64,000 nucleotides of DNA, taken from NCBI RefSeq assembly GCF_009914755.1, contig NC_060937.1, one strand, 5' to 3'. The translations under genes were made by a program, and so were the position numbers. This DNA is from the human T2T-CHM13v2.0 reference genome, Homo sapiens. This document shows positions 62,421-64,000 of this stretch, piece after piece. A model generated the notes under the pieces. That model did not search any database. It saw nothing but the letters and a program-made list of their open reading frames with translations, and had not been told where the DNA came from. How positions within the stretch are numbered: position 1 is the first letter of the stretch; each line of letters starts with the position of its first letter.

Positions 62421-64000
62421 CAGCCTTTTTTTTTTTTTTACAACTATGCCAACAAGCATAGTTCAGTAGGTCATGTTATAAAGAAAAAAATACACAATTT
62501 TTCTCCTAATAGTGCACTGTGGATGCAAGGCAATGTGACTTGCAGTCAAATGTGGCATGCTGTCTCCATGCTGTATGCAGTCATGCTAAATAAAAGTTAA
62601 TTTTAACTGAAAGACAAACTGTGTTTGTTCTGCCTGACAGGAAACTAGTGCTATCTTCTCAGTATTCACACAAGCAAACTGATATTAAAATGTGCTACTG
62701 TGCTGGGGTTTGACTACTCAATTCCTGCAGAAAGGGGAGATCCAAGTTGAGAGAAACATGATTAAAATAAGAAGAGGAACAAATAGTAGCATGAGAGTGG
62801 TTGAAGATGAAATTGACAAAATGTTTTTTAGACAGTTTACCCCAAGCCACTGCATCTTTTGGGTGTTAAGAAAGGCTATAAAACGTGTTGCTATAACAAC
62901 ACTAATTAATTATGGTGGAATTTCATGCACTGTAGCTTAGAGCCAATTTACGATGCTCTTATTATATGTCACACAAAATGTGGCAAAAATGATTACATTG
63001 AAGTGTTTTGAAATATGAGATGATATGCAGGACCACTTTTATTATTTTATTATATTATTGTAATAGAGACACTTTTAACCTATGCCTCGGTTATGTCCAT
63101 AATATCATTTTGATTATAAACATATGCCAACGCCATCAGAGTTAATTGAGCTTAGAGTATACAGACACCATGGATATTCTTTGAAGTTAAAGGTAAATTG
63201 AGATAAAGGGAAAGATTTGTGGAGCCCAGGTTACCACTAGTACTAACATAAAGGCCTGAAAAAAGCCATGGCTCTCAATGTGCTTGTTGCAATTAGTCCC
63301 AGAGATTCCACAACGGCTTCAGTAACCATCTAACAGGCAGATGAAATCCAATGTATGCAAGAAAGAATCTGAGATATATATATATATATATAGAATATGT
63401 TCAAAACAATAAATAAAATTCGAGTACCCAGATGTCTAAGTAGTACCTGGACATTATAAAATGTCATTGTCAATGTTGTAGTTACTGAATTTATATCTTC
63501 TTTTCCCTCCCACAAATGACACATTTTCTGTAGTTTTATGCAATAATTGCTACTACAAAAAACAACTGTATTAAAATCCAAATAATTTATTTCTCTTGAG
63601 GATTTATTTCTATAACATACCTCAAGCAATTACAAATTCTGAAGAAAGGTTAAAATCAACTCTCAGCTTAATATCTGATTTAAAATCTTTAGCTAATTCA
63701 TTTGGAGAGATGCCTATATGTTCCTAAGGTGGAGATAGCTGTTAATATTAGATCACAGACCACTAAGTAACTTACTAGGTGAGGAGAAATTTGAACTCTC
63801 AGCAGTGATTAAAATAATAAAAACACAGCAACAATCAACTGTCTCATAATGTAGATTGAAGAAAAGCGGACATTTAGAAGACAAGGTGGACACTTCCCAT
63901 TTAGCAGTGTCGAACCTGATTCTCATGTTCCTGCATTGGGCTGCCAGCTGTGTAAGGGGCTGCCAAAGACTGTGATTCCCCTGCAGACATAACAACAGCT

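Overview
AT-rich, gene-poor human genomic DNA (intergenic or deep intronic). The species call rests on a human-specific AluYb8 at 54101-54416. I find no protein-coding gene, RNA gene or CRISPR array. The longer ORFs in the track come from L1 ORF2, Alu, MaLR or Tigger remnants, and the rest are chance ORFs in low-complexity DNA. About half of the window is recognisable transposable-element sequence: five large L1 copies, 16 Alus, LTRs (MSTA, MLT1, MLT2B, LTR16, MER31, MER34, MER4D, possibly LTR78) including one complete LTR-internal-LTR MSTA element, a Tigger derivative, MER5 MITEs and L2/MIR relics. I do not see a new biological system. The best observations are retrotransposition and repair oddities visible in the sequence: a 5'-inverted (twin-primed) Alu with intact TSDs, a 5'-inverted L1PA, an unidentified ~49-bp insert with a 17-bp TSD, an L1PA-5'UTR/L1MA-3' chimera, serial Alu insertion at one target site, a tail-to-tail inverted Alu pair ~45 bp apart, a 40-bp perfect palindrome between opposed L2 tails, and a candidate non-coding exon. 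Subfamily names come from recalled consensus sequences, not from an alignment, and boundaries of old elements are approximate.
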